Below are positions 17,682 through 30,570 of a DNA stretch of 32,000 bases, piece by piece. The notes beneath the pieces are model-generated. The model had not been told where the DNA came from, made no database searches, and saw only the letters and a list, made by a program, of their open reading frames with translations. Source of the stretch: Mycobacterium tuberculosis H37Rv (GTDB lineage: Bacteria > Actinomycetota > Actinomycetes > Mycobacteriales > Mycobacteriaceae); the NCBI RefSeq assembly GCF_000195955.2, contig NC_000962.3:3600001-3632000 (forward strand), written 5' to 3'. Both the position numbers and the translations under genes were made by a program. Numbering within the stretch: the first letter of the stretch is position 1; every line of letters starts with the position of its first letter.

Positions 17682-20531
17682 CTAACGCTTCTTGACCGAT
17701 TTCGGCGGCTTGGCGCCGCGGCCTTGTCGGCGGGCGGCTTCGCGCCGCTCGCGCCGGCTAGCACCGGCCGGCACTCCGGCCGGCGTCTTGTGGGCTCCAC
17801 CGCCGTTGCGCTGCACCTGAGCCGAGCCATCCTCCGCGGGACCGGAATAGGTCAAAGCGGGCGACTCGCTGGCAACACCCTTGGCGCGTAATGCACTTGG
17901 AGCTCTTTCGCGCGCGCCACCATCGACCGCGCTGCGTTGCTGCGCGGCGGCTGCGGCCGCGGCGGCGAATTCGGCAAGCTCTGCGGGTTCGGCAGCCGGG
18001 GCAACCGGCGGGGCGGGGACCGCCTCCACGGTGACGTTGAACAGGAAGCCGACCGATTCCTCTTTCATGCCGTCGAGCATGGCCATGAACATGTCGTAGC
18101 CCTCACGCTGGTACTCGACCAACGGATCGCGCTGCGCCATCGCGCGCAGCCCGATACCCTCCTTGAGGTAGTCCATCTCGTAGAGGTGTTCACGCCACTT
18201 ACGGTCTATGACGTTGAGCAGCACGTTGCGTTCCAGCTGGCGCATCGCACCCTCGCCGGCGATTTCCTCGAGTTCGGCTTCCCGTGCGGCATAGGCACGT
18301 TCGGCGTCCTTGAGTAGTGCCTCCAGCAACTCCTCGCGGGTGAGATCGTCGCGCTCGAATTCGTGGTCCTTGCGGGTCAGCGAGTCGGCGGTGATCCCCA
18401 CCGGATAGAGGGTTTTGAGTGCCGTCCACAACGCGTCCAGATCCCAATCTTCGGCATAGCCTTCGCCGGTCGCGCCGTCGACGTAGGCGGTGATGACATC
18501 GCGGACCATGTCCAGCGCCTGGTCCTTGAGGTTTTCGCCTTCGAGGATGCGCCGGCGCTCGGCGTAGATGACCTTGCGCTGCTGGTTCATCACCTCGTCG
18601 TATTTGAGGACGTTCTTGCGGACCTCAAAGTTCTGCTGCTCGACCTGGGTCTGGGCGCTCTTGATGGCCCGGGTGACCATCTTGGCTTCGATCGGCACGT
18701 CGTCGGGCAGGTTCAGCCTGGTCAACAAGGTCTCCAAGGCCGCGCCATTGAAGCGGCGCATCAGCTCGTCACCCAGCGACAAATAGAAGCGCGACTCCCC
18801 GGGGTCCCCCTGGCGGCCGGACCGGCCACGCAACTGGTTGTCGATCCGCCGCGACTCGTGGCGCTCGGTGCCCAGCACGTACAGGCCGCCGGCCTCGATT
18901 ACTTCCTTGGCCTCCTTGCTGGCTTCCTCTTTGACGATGGGCAGTTCGGAGTGCCAGGCCGCCTCGTACTCCTCGGGCGTCTCCACCGGATCCAGGCCGC
19001 GTTCGCGCAGCCGCTGATCGGTGAGAAAGTCGACGTTGCCGCCCAGCACAATGTCGGTGCCGCGACCGGCCATGTTGGTGGCGACGGTGACGCCGCCGCG
19101 GCGGCCCGCCACCGCGATGATGGTCGCCTCTTGCTCGTGGTACTTGGCGTTGAGCACATTGTGCGGGATGCGCCGCTTGGTGAACTGCCGCGACAGATAC
19201 TCCGAGCGCTCCACGCTGGTGGTGCCGATCAGCACCGGCTGTCCCTTCGCGTAGCGCTCGGCGACGTCGTCGACCACCGCGATGTACTTGGCCTCCTCGG
19301 TCTTGTAGATCAGGTCGGACTGGTCTTCACGGATCATCGGCATGTTGGTCGGGATGCTGACCACGCCCAGCTTGTAGATCTCGTGCAGCTCGGCCGCCTC
19401 CGTCTGGGCGGTGCCGGTCATGCCGGCGAGCTTGTCGTAGAGCCGGAAGTAGTTCTGCAGCGTGATGGTGGCCAGCGTCTGGTTCTCGGCCTTGATCTCG
19501 ACGTGCTCCTTGGCCTCGATGGCCTGGTGCATGCCCTCGTTGTAGCGGCGGCCGATCAGCACCCGGCCGGTGAACTCGTCGACGATGAGCACCTCACCAT
19601 CGCGGACGATGTAGTCCTTGTCGCGGCTGAACAGCTCTTTGGCCTTCAGAGCGTTGTTGAGATAGCTGACCAACGGCGAGTTGGCGGCCTCGTACAGGTT
19701 GTCGATGCCGAGCTGGTCTTCGACGAATTCCACACCCTTCTCGTGCACGCCGACGGTGCGTTTGCGTAGATCGACCTCGTAGTGGACGTCCTTTTCCATC
19801 AGCGGCGCCAACCGGGCGAACTCGGTGTACCAGTTGGAGGCGCCGTCGGCGGGACCGGAGATGATCAGCGGGGTGCGGGCCTCGTCGATCAGGATGGAAT
19901 CGACCTCGTCGACAATGGCGTAATGGTGCCCGCGCTGCACCAGATCATCCAGTGAGTGCGCCATGTTGTCGCGCAGGTAGTCGAACCCAAACTCGTTATT
20001 GGTGCCGTAGGTGATGTCGGCGTTATAGGCCACCCGGCGTTCATCGGGTGTCATGGTGGCCAAAATCACCCCGACCTGAAGCCCGAGGAAGCGGTGCACG
20101 CGGCCCATCCACTCACTGTCGCGTTTAGCCAGGTAGTCGTTGACGGTGACGATGTGCACGCCGTTGCCGGCCAGCGCATTGAGGTAAGCGGGCAACACAC
20201 AGGTCAGGGTCTTGCCTTCACCGGTCTTCATCTCGGCAACGTTGCCCAGGTGCAGGGCGGCCGCACCCATCACCTGCACGTCGAACGGCCGCTGGTCCAG
20301 CACCCGCCAGGCGGCCTCGCGGGCCACGGCGAAGGCCTCGGGCAACAGGTCGTCGAGGGTTTCTGGGTTTTTCTGGTCGGCCAGCCGCCGCTTGAACTCG
20401 TCGGTTTTCGCCCTCAGCTCGGCGTCGGTGAGTTTCTCGACATCGTCGGACAAAGTGCCGACATAGTCGGCCACCTTCTTGAGGCGCTTGACCATGCGAC
20501 CTTCGCCAAGGCGCAGCAACTTCGACAGCAC
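17682..20531 (-). CDS. secA1: Preprotein translocase ATPase SecA1
   Basis: 949 aa from the GTG at 20529-20531. DEAD/SecA motifs include [45 protein letters not shown] and [30 protein letters not shown]. Confidence 0.96.
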   Translation of the reverse strand: MLSKLLRLGEGRMVKRLKKVADYVGTLSDDVEKLTDAELRAKTDEFKRRLADQKNPETLDDLLPEAFAVAREAAWRVLDQRPFDVQVMGAAALHLGNVAEMKTGEGKTLTCVLPAYLNALAGNGVHIVTVNDYLAKRDSEWMGRVHRFLGLQVGVILATMTPDERRVAYNADITYGTNNEFGFDYLRDNMAHSLDDLVQRGHHYAIVDEVDSILIDEARTPLIISGPADGASNWYTEFARLAPLMEKDVHYEVDLRKRTVGVHEKGVEFVEDQLGIDNLYEAANSPLVSYLNNALKAKELFSRDKDYIVRDGEVLIVDEFTGRVLIGRRYNEGMHQAIEAKEHVEIKAENQTLATITLQNYFRLYDKLAGMTGTAQTEAAELHEIYKLGVVSIPTNMPMIREDQSDLIYKTEEAKYIAVVDDVAERYAKGQPVLIGTTSVERSEYLSRQFTKRRIPHNVLNAKYHEQEATIIAVAGRRGGVTVATNMAGRGTDIVLGGNVDFLTDQRLRERGLDPVETPEEYEAAWHSELPIVKEEASKEAKEVIEAGGLYVLGTERHESRRIDNQLRGRSGRQGDPGESRFYLSLGDELMRRFNGAALETLLTRLNLPDDVPIEAKMVTRAIKSAQTQVEQQNFEVRKNVLKYDEVMNQQRKVIYAERRRILEGENLKDQALDMVRDVITAYVDGATGEGYAEDWDLDALWTALKTLYPVGITADSLTRKDHEFERDDLTREELLEALLKDAERAYAAREAELEEIAGEGAMRQLERNVLLNVIDRKWREHLYEMDYLKEGIGLRAMAQRDPLVEYQREGYDMFMAMLDGMKEESVGFLFNVTVEAVPAPPVAPAAEPAELAEFAAAAAAAAQQRSAVDGGARERAPSALRAKGVASESPALTYSGPAEDGSAQVQRNGGGAHKTPAGVPAGASRRERREAARRQGRGAKPPKSVKKR

Positions 20532-20552
20532 AGCTATGTCCCCGCATGTGTA

Positions 20553-20576
20553 GGAGTCTTTAGATAAGGCGACTCC
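20553..20576. promoter_or_regulatory. Small stem-loop between hpf and secA1
   Basis: GGAGTC (20553-20558) pairs with GACTCC (20571-20576) around a 12-nt A/T-richer loop. It lies 22 nt upstream of the secA1 GTG. Confidence 0.3.
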
Positions 20577-20609
20577 CATGGTAGGTGACGACGCGGCGCG
20601 CGCCGCCGA

Positions 20610-21254
20610 TCACGCCAGACGGATCAAGCCGTAGTCGTAGGCGTGCCGGCGGTAGACCACCGACGGCCGTTCGGTGTCCTTGTCGTAGAACAAGAAGAAG
20701 TCGTGTCCAACCAGCTCCATCTGGTAGAGCGCGTCATCGACCGACATCGGCTTGGCCGGGTGTTCTTTGGTGCGAACGATCCGCCCAGGCTCCCGCTCGA
20801 CGACGGCACCGTCGTGATCGTGTGCCTCGGCTGGTCTGGTGTTGAAGCCGTTCTCCGGCGCTGGCACCACCGCGGTCGCCTCGGCCAGCGAAACCGGGGT
20901 TTTGTCGCCGTAGTGCACCTTGCGGCGATCCTTACCGCGGCGCAGCCGGCTCTCCAGTTTGACGACCGCTGATTCAAGCGCGGCATAGAAGCTGTCGGCG
21001 CAGGCCTCACCTCGCACCACCGGCCCTCGCCCACGCGCGGTGATCTCCACGCGCTGACAGGACTTGCGCTGGCGGCGATTACGTTCGTGGTCGAGTTCGA
21101 CGTCGAACAGGTAGATGGTCCGGTCGAACCGCTCCAAGCGGGCGAGTTTCTGCGAAACGTAGATGCGGAAGTGGTCGGGGATCTCGACATTACGGCCCTT
21201 GAACACGATCTCAGCGTTTGATTTCGGTTCGGCCAGAACCTGACCTGAATCCAC
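20610..21254 (-). CDS. hpf: Ribosome hibernation promoting factor, long form (S30AE/sigma-54 modulation family; Rv3241c-like)
   Basis: N-terminal EIVFKGRNVEIPDHFRIYVSQKLARLERF. C-terminal dimerisation domain EPGRIVRTKEHPAKPMSVDDALYQMELVGHDFFLFYDKDTERPSVVYRRHAYDYGLIRL. Start uncertain: GTG 21254, ATG 21269 or TTG 21278. Confidence 0.9.
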   Translation of the reverse strand: MDSGQVLAEPKSNAEIVFKGRNVEIPDHFRIYVSQKLARLERFDRTIYLFDVELDHERNRRQRKSCQRVEITARGRGPVVRGEACADSFYAALESAVVKLESRLRRGKDRRKVHYGDKTPVSLAEATAVVPAPENGFNTRPAEAHDHDGAVVEREPGRIVRTKEHPAKPMSVDDALYQMELVGHDFFLFYDKDTERPSVVYRRHAYDYGLIRLA

Positions 21255-21569
21255 GGCTAGCCTTGACATACGTGACAACTCGTTTCTCTTTCCACGTCAC
21301 ACGCGCCCTGCGTGCCTGGCCTTCGGGGAGACGCGCCGACGGGGTGGGAGCGGTTGGAGAAGTTACCGCCGCAGGCTGCCCGCCGGAGCAAGATGTCGAT
21401 TGCTCACCTCCTATCGCGGGATACTGATTCAACCTGGGAAGCGCGAGCGTGAGTCGTTAAAGGTTGATCTCGACGTTAGCCCGTGTTCGGCTCACCGTGC
21501 CACCAAATTGACCGACCTGTTTCGAGTTCTTCACGTTGTCTTGGCAACTGCACCGGCTCAGGCAGATCC

Positions 21570-22211
21570 TCACGCGGCCGCGACCGCCAACACGGCACCC
21601 ACCCGCACACCGGCGGCCTGCAAGACCCGGACCGACTCGCGCGCCGTCGCCCCGGTGGTGATGATGTCGTCGACGAGCACGACTTCGTTGCGCGGCCGCT
21701 GGCCCCGCAACAGCACCCGACCCGTGATGTTGCGCTCGCGCGCGGACGCCCCAAGACCTACCGAGTCCCGGGCTAGCGCTCGCATCCGCAGCGCCGGGAC
21801 GACGGTGACGTCATGGTGGCGCCCAAGGGTGGCACCCGCAATCCGCGCCATCCGGCTGACGGGGTCACCCCCACGCCGTCGCGCCGCCCACCGTCTCGTC
21901 GGCGCAGGCACCATCGTCAGCGGGTTTTCGAGCATGCCCCAGGACAACAGGTGGTCGACACCGACAATCAGCGCGCACGCCAGTGGCGCGACGAGGTCGC
22001 GACGGCCGTGCTCTTTCATAGCGAGGATCGCCTGACGACGCACGCCCGCGTAGCGGCCGAGCGCGAACACCGGCACCTGTGGGTCAACACGAGGACTCAC
22101 CACGTGCGGTTCACCGGCAGCCACCGACAGCTCGGCGGCACAGGCGGCACACCAGCGGGTCGCCGGCGCACCGCAGCCACCGCATTCCAGCGGCAGGACG
22201 AGGTCAAGCAC
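21570..22211 (-). CDS. ComF-family phosphoribosyltransferase-like protein (Rv3242c-like)
   Basis: 213 aa from the GTG at 22211. N-terminal Cys motif CGGCGAPATRWCAAC and PRPP loop EVVLVDDIITTGATARE. Confidence 0.9.
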   Translation of the reverse strand: MLDLVLPLECGGCGAPATRWCAACAAELSVAAGEPHVVSPRVDPQVPVFALGRYAGVRRQAILAMKEHGRRDLVAPLACALIVGVDHLLSWGMLENPLTMVPAPTRRWAARRRGGDPVSRMARIAGATLGRHHDVTVVPALRMRALARDSVGLGASARERNITGRVLLRGQRPRNEVVLVDDIITTGATARESVRVLQAAGVRVGAVLAVAAA

Positions 22212-22248
22212 ACACCAAGTGTCGCGGTCACCGGTGACAGCAGTGCTG

Positions 22249-23091
22249 TCAATCGGCGCCGCTGCGCAGCGGCGGCCAGACAAAGCTGAGCGCACCCTGA
22301 CTCAATTGGGTAATCACGCTTTCCAGATAACGCAGCGGCAGCTCCGTTCGCCACTCCGGAAGCAACGCAGAGAGCTGCAAACAATCGGCTGCGAGGCTGA
22401 CGTCGGTGATGCGCAGCCCATGCGGCAGCTCAGGCAGTGGAACTCGGTAGGCCGGTGTCCGTGCCGGCAGTGTCCACCGCCGTTGTCCGGTGATCACGGT
22501 GCGCGGTCGCAGCCACAGTGTCGTCTGGGAGGTTGTGCCCGCCACGTCGACGTCGACCTCAAGACCTCCCCAGTCGGGCCGGCGCGCCCAGCGCAGCCGG
22601 GCCGCTCCGCTCTCGGACAACTCACCGCGCAGCTGCGGCGTCGCTTGACGGAGCACATCATCGAAAATCTCGGTCGGCAGGGCGGACGACAACTCGACGG
22701 GAGCGGCGATCACCAGCGGCGGCACACCCGGGCGGATGTGCACGTTGCGCAGGACGGCAACGGCGCTGTGCAAATGATGCTGATCCCAGCTGATGCCGCG
22801 AGCGGCCACCCGAACCTCGCCCAGCTGGCCGACGGCCAGCCCCTGCGGTTCCAGTGCCGAGTCCAGCTCGGTGACGGTCAGCACCACGTCATGGTCCCCA
22901 ATCCGAACCGTGACTTCCTTGCCGATGAGCAGCTGCTGCAAGGTGGTGAACAACGTCCGGTAGGGCGCCGCAACTGCCTGGGCGGCTCCCGCGCTGACCA
23001 GCGACATCCCGGTCGACGACCACAGCGAGGCCAGCATGTCCAAGGCACGGAAGGGATCATCCCAACGCAGCCGGGGAACTCTTGGCGACAT
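22249..23091 (-). CDS. DUF2993/LmeA-like protein (Rv3243c-like)
   Basis: 280 aa from the ATG at 23091. Pattern consistent with the DUF2993 family (IGDHDVVLTVTELDSALEPQGLAVGQLGEVRVAARGISW). It sits next to lpqB. Confidence 0.78.
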   Translation of the reverse strand: MSPRVPRLRWDDPFRALDMLASLWSSTGMSLVSAGAAQAVAAPYRTLFTTLQQLLIGKEVTVRIGDHDVVLTVTELDSALEPQGLAVGQLGEVRVAARGISWDQHHLHSAVAVLRNVHIRPGVPPLVIAAPVELSSALPTEIFDDVLRQATPQLRGELSESGAARLRWARRPDWGGLEVDVDVAGTTSQTTLWLRPRTVITGQRRWTLPARTPAYRVPLPELPHGLRITDVSLAADCLQLSALLPEWRTELPLRYLESVITQLSQGALSFVWPPLRSGAD

Positions 23092-23158
23092 CAACAAGCG
23101 CCTCCTCACTGCGAGGGTAGCCGGTGTGCTCAGGTCGCGAAAAACGCAGGCACAGCAC

Positions 23159-24910
23159 TCATCCGGGCAATACCGGCGCCGCCCCCGGCACCATCAGCCC
23201 CGGTACGTCCGCCCAGCCTGGTCGGCTTTCGACAGACGCCGAGTACATCAACACCCCTTGCGGGCCGGCGACATACACAGTCGACGGGTTGGCCGCGATC
23301 GCCGTCAGTGGAGTTTGCAACCCGCGGGACGGCGCGTCGGAGTTCACCCCGTCGAGGTTTACATAAGACACCGGATGGGCGGCGTCGGTGCGTGTCACCA
23401 CGATGTCGTCACCGGTTCGCCAGGACAACGACACCACCGAGGAACCCAGCCCGAAACCCAGCCGCCGAGGGTAGGTCAGGGCGAACTGGCCAGCCTGGGT
23501 CTGCTCGACGCCGGCGAGGATCACCTGCCCACCGATCACCATCGCGGCGCGCGTCCCGTCACGGGACAGTTGAAGATCGTTGATCGCCCCCGGGAAGCGG
23601 CTGGCCACCGCGGTCGAATCCACCGGAATCCGCGCGGGTTGCCCCGATGCCGGGTCCTGTATCGCTCGCAGCACGACGTTGGTATCGACCACCACCCAGA
23701 CCGCGTCGTCCAGCGACCAGCTGGGCCGCGACAGGCTGTGCCCGTCGGCGGACTGCACCGCCTCGCCGCCGAGGTCGCCGACCCACAAAGACGCCGCCTC
23801 ATCCGGAGCCCCGCGCCCCAGCGTCACCACCGAGGCCACCTGACGCCCGCTGCGTGATACGGCGGCCGCCGTCTGCTCCGGCATCCGTCCGAAGGCCCCG
23901 GGCACGGGGGTGACTCGCTGTGCGTCCATCGCCACCAGTGATCCGTTCACCAAGGCGTGCAACCCCGCGGCGGCACCGTCGGCCACCCCCGGGTCGGTGG
24001 CCGCGACATCGGAAGTGGTCCACCCCTCGGCAAACCTGTCTTCCAGCGGGGCGCCGTCGGCGTTGATCACGTACGGCCCCCTGATGTCGGCCCTGGCCAA
24101 GGTCCAGATGATCTGTGCGGCAAGTAATTGCCTGCTGTGCGGATCGGTGGTGGACAGCTTCTCCATGTCGACTCGCGCGCCGCCGTACCCGCGGCCGATT
24201 CCGCTCTTTCCGCCGTCGGCCCGAGTCACCGGCCCGCGCAGTCGTAGCGGCGGAGCGAGCAGATTACGCACCGTGCGCGCCATCTCCGGGCGTGGACCCG
24301 CCAGCAGTTTGGAGACGAGCTCCGTGGCCAGCTGGTCGCGGTCGGACACCGCGACGTAGCGCGGATCGGGAACCACGGTCTTGCCGGTGGGGTCGGCGAA
24401 GTACAGGGTGTTGCGCTTGTACGTTTCTTGGAACTGCTGCCAGTCCAGGAAAACCCCGTTGGGTAGGCGATCGATGCGCCAACCATCGGACGTCTTGACC
24501 AACTCGATCGGGCCCGGATCCGGCAGTTGACCCTCGGCGGTCTCAAACACCCCCACATCCGAGAGCGAGCCGAGAATGTCTGCCCGCATGGTCACCGAAA
24601 CCTTCTCGGCGCTTCGGGTTTCGACGAACACCACGTGGTCGATCAACAACGCGCTGCCGGCGTCGTCCCAGGCGTTGGAAGCCGATTCGGTGAGGAACTG
24701 ACGCGCCGCCAGGTGCCGGTTGGCCGGGTCGGCTGTGGCCTTGAGGAACTCGCGTAACAGCACGTCGGGATCCATACCCGGGCTCGGTTTGGGCAGATTC
24801 GACGGCACCGGACGTTCGACGGTTCCGATGGCTTGCGGGGCCGACGTGCTGGGCACACTGGCACAGCCGGCCAGCACTGCACCAAGGAACAACAAAATTG
24901 TCAGCCGCAT
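23159..24910 (-). CDS. lpqB: Lipoprotein LpqB (MtrAB-associated)
   Basis: 583 aa from the ATG at 24910. Signal peptide [19 protein letters not shown] contains lipobox LAGC. The gene abuts mtrB by 1-nt overlap. Confidence 0.95.
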
Positions 24911-26613
24911 CAACCGCTCCACTCCGCGTGCTCACGTGGGCGCTGACGTTCCTTGTATTCCGGTGGCATCGGTTGCGGATTCGGTTGCGCGACCGGTTGC
25001 AGAACTGGCTGCGGGATCGGTTTCATGGGCAGCGGGCTGGTGGTGACCTTGTGGCCGCGCACCATCGGAAGCGTCAGCCGGAAGCAGGCGCCCTCGCCGG
25101 GTTCGCCCCACGCCTCAAGCCGACCCTGGTGCAATCGGGCATCCTCGACGCTGATCGCCAAACCCAGCCCGGTGCCGCCGGACCGACGTACCCGTGAGGG
25201 ATCCGAGCGCCAGAACCGGCTAAACACCAGCTTCTCCTCACCAGGCCGCAGCCCAACCCCGTAGTCACGCACGGTGACGGCGACCGTGTCTTCGTCGGCG
25301 GCCATCCGGATCCGCACCGGTTTGTGTTCGGCGTGGTCGATGGCATTGGCAATCAGATTGCGCAGGATCCGTTCTACCCGACGCGCATCGACCTCCGCGA
25401 TCACCTGCTCGGCGGGCAGATCCACCAGCAACTCGATACCGGCCTCCTCGGCCAGGTGGCCCACATTGCCGAGCGCGTTGTTGACCGTTGTGCGCAAGTC
25501 GACCGCCTCAACCGACAACTCGGCCACCCCGGCGTCATGCCGCGAGATCTCCAGCAGGTCGTTGAGCAACGTCTCGAATCGGTCCAGCTCGCTAACCATC
25601 AACTCGGTGGACCGCCGCAGCGTGGGGTCGAGGTCGGCGCTGTGGTCATAGATCAAGTCGGCCGCCATCCGCACCGTGGTCAGCGGCGTACGCAGTTCGT
25701 GGCTGACGTCGGAGGTGAACCGGCGCTGTAGGTTGCCGAACTCCTCCAGCTGGGCGATCTGTCGGGACAGGCTCTCGGCCATGTCGTTGAACGACACCGC
25801 CAGCCTGGCCATGTCGTCCTCGCCGCGCACCGGCATGCGTTCGGACAGATGTCCCTCGGCGAAACGTTCGGCGATCCGCGACGCCGACCGCACCGGCACC
25901 ACCACCTGACGCGACACCAGCAGCGCAATGCCGGCGAGCAGGACTAGCAGTACCAGGCCGCCGGTGGCCATCGTGCCACGCACCAGCGTGATCGTGGCTT
26001 GCTCGCTCGCCAGCGGAAAGATCAGGTATAGCTCCAGGTTGGCCACCCGCGACAACGTCGGAGTCCCGATGATCAGGGCCGGCCCGGAGAAACCTTCGGT
26101 CTGCACCGTGGCGTACTGGTAGGCGGCCTGCCCGGCCTTGACGAAGCCGCGCAGCGCGTTGGGCACCTGATCGACGGGTCCGGCAGTAGAGGCAGCGCGC
26201 GGCCCATCACCCGGCACCATCAGCACCGCATCGAACGCACCGGCGAGGCCAGCCCCCGAAGCGGGGTCGGTTTTCGACGTCAGAGTGTTGCGCGCAAGCT
26301 GCAGGCTACTGTCCAGTGAGCGCGTCTCCTCACCGTTGACGATCCCGCTGACGGTGGTGCGTGCCCGCTCGATCTGGTCGATCGCCGCCCTGACCTTGAT
26401 GTCGAGGACACGATTGGTGACCTGGCTGGTCAGCACAAAGCCAAGCGCCAGGATGACGGCTAGCGACAGTCCAAGGGTCAGCGCCACGACCCGCAGCTGC
26501 AGCGATCGGCGCCACGCGACAGCTACGGCTCGACTCAACGCACTGAGGCCCCGTGTCATCGGGCCAGAGCGACCCCGGCGACCCCGAATGCGTCGGCGCG
26601 AGCCGAAGATCAT
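24910..26613 (-). CDS. mtrB: Sensor histidine kinase MtrB
   Basis: 567 aa with HAMP, an H-box ([21 protein letters not shown]), N-box ([16 protein letters not shown]) and G-box ([14 protein letters not shown]). Confidence 0.97.
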
Positions 26614-26662
26614 CGGCGCCGCTCCTTAGCATCGCTGCGCTCTGCATCGTCGCCGGCGCGGA

Positions 26663-27349
26663 TCACGGAGGTCCGGCCTTGTACCCCACTCCTCGAACGG
26701 TCAGCACCACAGTCGGGTTCTCGGGATCCTTTTCGACCTTGGCCCGCAGACGCTGGACATGCACGTTCACCAGCCTGGTATCGGCTGGGTGCCGGTAACC
26801 CCATACCTGTTCGAGCAGCACATCACGAGTAAACACCTGGCGCGGCTTGCGCGCCAATGCGACCAACAGGTCGAATTCCAGCGGTGTCAACGAGATCTGC
26901 TCACCGTTGCGAGTGACCTTGTGCGCCGGTACGTCGATTTCTACGTCGGCGATGGACAGCATCTCGGCGGGTTCGTCGTCGTTGCGGCGCAGCCGCGCCC
27001 GCACCCGCGCAACCAGCTCCTTGGGCTTGAACGGCTTCATGATGTAGTCGTCGGCGCCCGACTCCAGACCCAGCACCACATCCACGGTGTCGGTCTTTGC
27101 GGTGAGCATCACGATCGGAACACCGGAATCGGCGCGCAACACCCGGCACACGTCGATGCCGTTCATACCGGGCAGCATCAAATCCAATAACACCAGATCG
27201 GGGCGCAGCTCGCGCACCGCGGTCAGAGCCTGAGTACCGTCGCCGATGACCGCGGTGTCGAAGCCTTCCCCCCGCAGCACGATGGTGAGCATCTCAGCCA
27301 ACGAAGCGTCGTCGTCAACGACCAAAATCCTTTGCCTCATGGTGTCCAT
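26663..27349 (-). CDS. mtrA: OmpR-family response regulator MtrA
   Basis: 228 aa from the ATG at 27349. Receiver domain RILVVDDDASLAEML, LLDLMLPGMNGIDVC, MLTAK. Winged helix VFTRDVLLEQVWGYRHPADTRLVNVHVQRLRAKVE. Confidence 0.97.
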   Translation of the reverse strand: MDTMRQRILVVDDDASLAEMLTIVLRGEGFDTAVIGDGTQALTAVRELRPDLVLLDLMLPGMNGIDVCRVLRADSGVPIVMLTAKTDTVDVVLGLESGADDYIMKPFKPKELVARVRARLRRNDDEPAEMLSIADVEIDVPAHKVTRNGEQISLTPLEFDLLVALARKPRQVFTRDVLLEQVWGYRHPADTRLVNVHVQRLRAKVEKDPENPTVVLTVRGVGYKAGPP

Positions 27350-27418
27350 GGTGTCACCACATCGGGACAAAACTGGCGCACCACACGGGCGTTTCTTGCT
27401 TGATTAGGGCAAATACCC

Positions 27419-28063
27419 TCAACTTGGCACGTCTGGAGGCGCCAAAGTCGCCGCTAGTCGGCCCGGATCAACATCGGCGCCGACAACCAGCCACCGGCCG
27501 CCCCACCCTTGGGCCGCCAACTCGGCGTAGACCGCACCGGTGCGCTGCTGAAGTTCAGCGTCGCGTTCGTAATTGTCGCGCGCCCGACCGGGGTCACGCT
27601 GGGCACGGCCGCGGGATCGTTCCCCGGCGAGCTCGGCAGAGACCGCAAGGAGCACCTGCCAGTCGGGCTTGGGCAACCCGAGTCTTGCAAATTCGATCCG
27701 CTGAACCCAGGCCGCTGCCTTCCCGGCCGCGTTTTCATGTAGGCGCGCCGCGCTGTAGGCCGCGTTGGAGGCGACGTAGCGATCCAGGATCACCACGTCG
27801 TAGCCGCGACACAGCCCCTGGATCGTGTGGACCGCGCCAGCGCGGTCGAGCGCGAACAGCGTCGCCATCGCATACACCGACGATGCGAGGTCACCGTGCT
27901 CGCCGTGCAGCGCCTCCGCTGCGATGTCGGCGGCCACCGACTGTCCGTAGCGCGGGAACGCCAGTGTGGCCACCGATCTCCCGGCTGCTCGAAAGGCCCC
28001 GGACAGCTTTTCCACCAACGTCCGCTTGCCAGCGCCGTCAACGCCCTCAATCGCGATTAGCAC
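27419..28063 (-). CDS. tmk: Thymidylate kinase
   Basis: 214 aa beginning MLIAIEGVDGAGKRTLVEKL (P-loop GVDGAGK), with VILDRYVASNAAYSAAR. Confidence 0.94.
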   Translation of the reverse strand: MLIAIEGVDGAGKRTLVEKLSGAFRAAGRSVATLAFPRYGQSVAADIAAEALHGEHGDLASSVYAMATLFALDRAGAVHTIQGLCRGYDVVILDRYVASNAAYSAARLHENAAGKAAAWVQRIEFARLGLPKPDWQVLLAVSAELAGERSRGRAQRDPGRARDNYERDAELQQRTGAVYAELAAQGWGGRWLVVGADVDPGRLAATLAPPDVPS

Positions 28064-28085
28064 GGCGCGGCCCTGTCGGTGGCGG

Positions 28086-28147
28086 CGCGAGCAGACGCAA
28101 AATCGCCCTTTTCGTCATGAAAATGGGCGATTTTGCGTCTGCTCGCG
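28086..28147. terminator. Long perfect inverted repeat (23-bp arms) between sahH and tmk; candidate terminator or structured RNA element
   Basis: CGCGAGCAGACGCAAAATCGCCC (28086-28108) is the exact reverse complement of GGGCGATTTTGCGTCTGCTCGCG (28125-28147). Inside it, TTTTC (28109-28113) can pair with GAAAA (28119-28123). Confidence 0.7.
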
Positions 28148-28159
28148 GGTGGGAGGCAC

Positions 28160-29647
<1,488 letters not shown>

Positions 29648-29751
29648 AGGGGCTTTCATCCTTCTTTGGGGGCTCACAGGGATCCGAGCGGGCTACTTAG
29701 CCTAGGTACGCTCTTGCAGTCACTGTAGCCGCCGTCGGTCAGCCCCGCAGG

Positions 29752-30387
29752 TCAGGGGACATTGATCACACCGTGACGCTCCGCGAACGGCGTTATTAGC
29801 CGTGCTAGGTCCGCTGCGACATCATGGTCGGCCTCGGGCGGCATCGACACGTAGCTCAAGCACAGCCGCACGATCGCACGCGAGAGCACATTGGCGTCGT
29901 TATCGGTGGTGGCCACCCAGGTATCGGTGAAGGCCGGCGCCAGCCGGGCCGACGCGCGGGTGATGATCGGCGCGCTGTCGGTGGTGATCAGTTGCAGCAG
30001 ATCGGGCTTGGCGACACCGGTCAACAGCGAGATGACCAACGGATCTGCCGCCGACTCGGCGAAGAACGACCGAAAGCCCTGCAGGAACGCTTCGTAAAAG
30101 TTGCCGACGTTGGCGTCCAACGATGCATGGACGTTGTCCACTAATCGGTCGGCCAGGCGCAGCGCGTATCCCTGCGCCAGGCCTTGCCGGGAACCGAATT
30201 CGTTGTAGATGGTCTGCCGGCTGATGCCCGCCGCGCGGGCCACGTCGGACAGCGTGATGGCGGACCAGTCGCGGGTCAGCAGCAGATCCCGCATCGCATC
30301 CAGCACCGAATCCCGCAACAGGGCCCGCGAGGCCTCGGCATAGGGTATCCGCTTCACAGGCGCGACAGTAGCGCTTGGAGTGCTCAC
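29752..30387 (-). CDS. alkX: TetR-family transcriptional regulator of the alkane hydroxylase cluster
   Basis: 211 aa from the GTG at 30385-30387. [30 protein letters not shown]. Last gene of the alkB-rubA-rubB-alkX run, with a 4-nt overlap with rubB. Confidence 0.9.
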   Translation of the reverse strand: MSTPSATVAPVKRIPYAEASRALLRDSVLDAMRDLLLTRDWSAITLSDVARAAGISRQTIYNEFGSRQGLAQGYALRLADRLVDNVHASLDANVGNFYEAFLQGFRSFFAESAADPLVISLLTGVAKPDLLQLITTDSAPIITRASARLAPAFTDTWVATTDNDANVLSRAIVRLCLSYVSMPPEADHDVAADLARLITPFAERHGVINVP

Positions 30388-30566
30388 GAGCGAGCCACCT
30401 CCACCATCTCGAAATCCGACTTTGCCGCACCGCAATCCGGGCAACTCCAGTCATCGGGGATGTCGTCCCAGCGGGTGCCGGCCGCGATGCCGTCCTCCGG
30501 CCAACCCAGCGCCTCATCGTACTCAAAGCCGCATTGGATACAGCGGAACAGTTTGTAGTCGTTCAC
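30384..30566 (-). CDS. rubB: Rubredoxin RubB
   Basis: 60 aa with two Cys pairs: [60 protein letters not shown]. Confidence 0.95.
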
Positions 30567-30570
30567 TTAG

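Noticed and set aside
18363-19769. 468-aa plus-strand ORF opposite secA1
   Set aside because: His/Val/Gly/Leu-rich antisense translation of conserved SecA codons. Nothing supports an independent gene.
29691-29702. GGCTACTTAGCC palindrome upstream of sahH, considered as part of a SAM/SAH riboswitch
   Set aside because: A 5-bp stem with a 2-nt gap is too short to fold. The leader lacks any SAH or SAM riboswitch core I recognise, and an Infernal scan would be needed.
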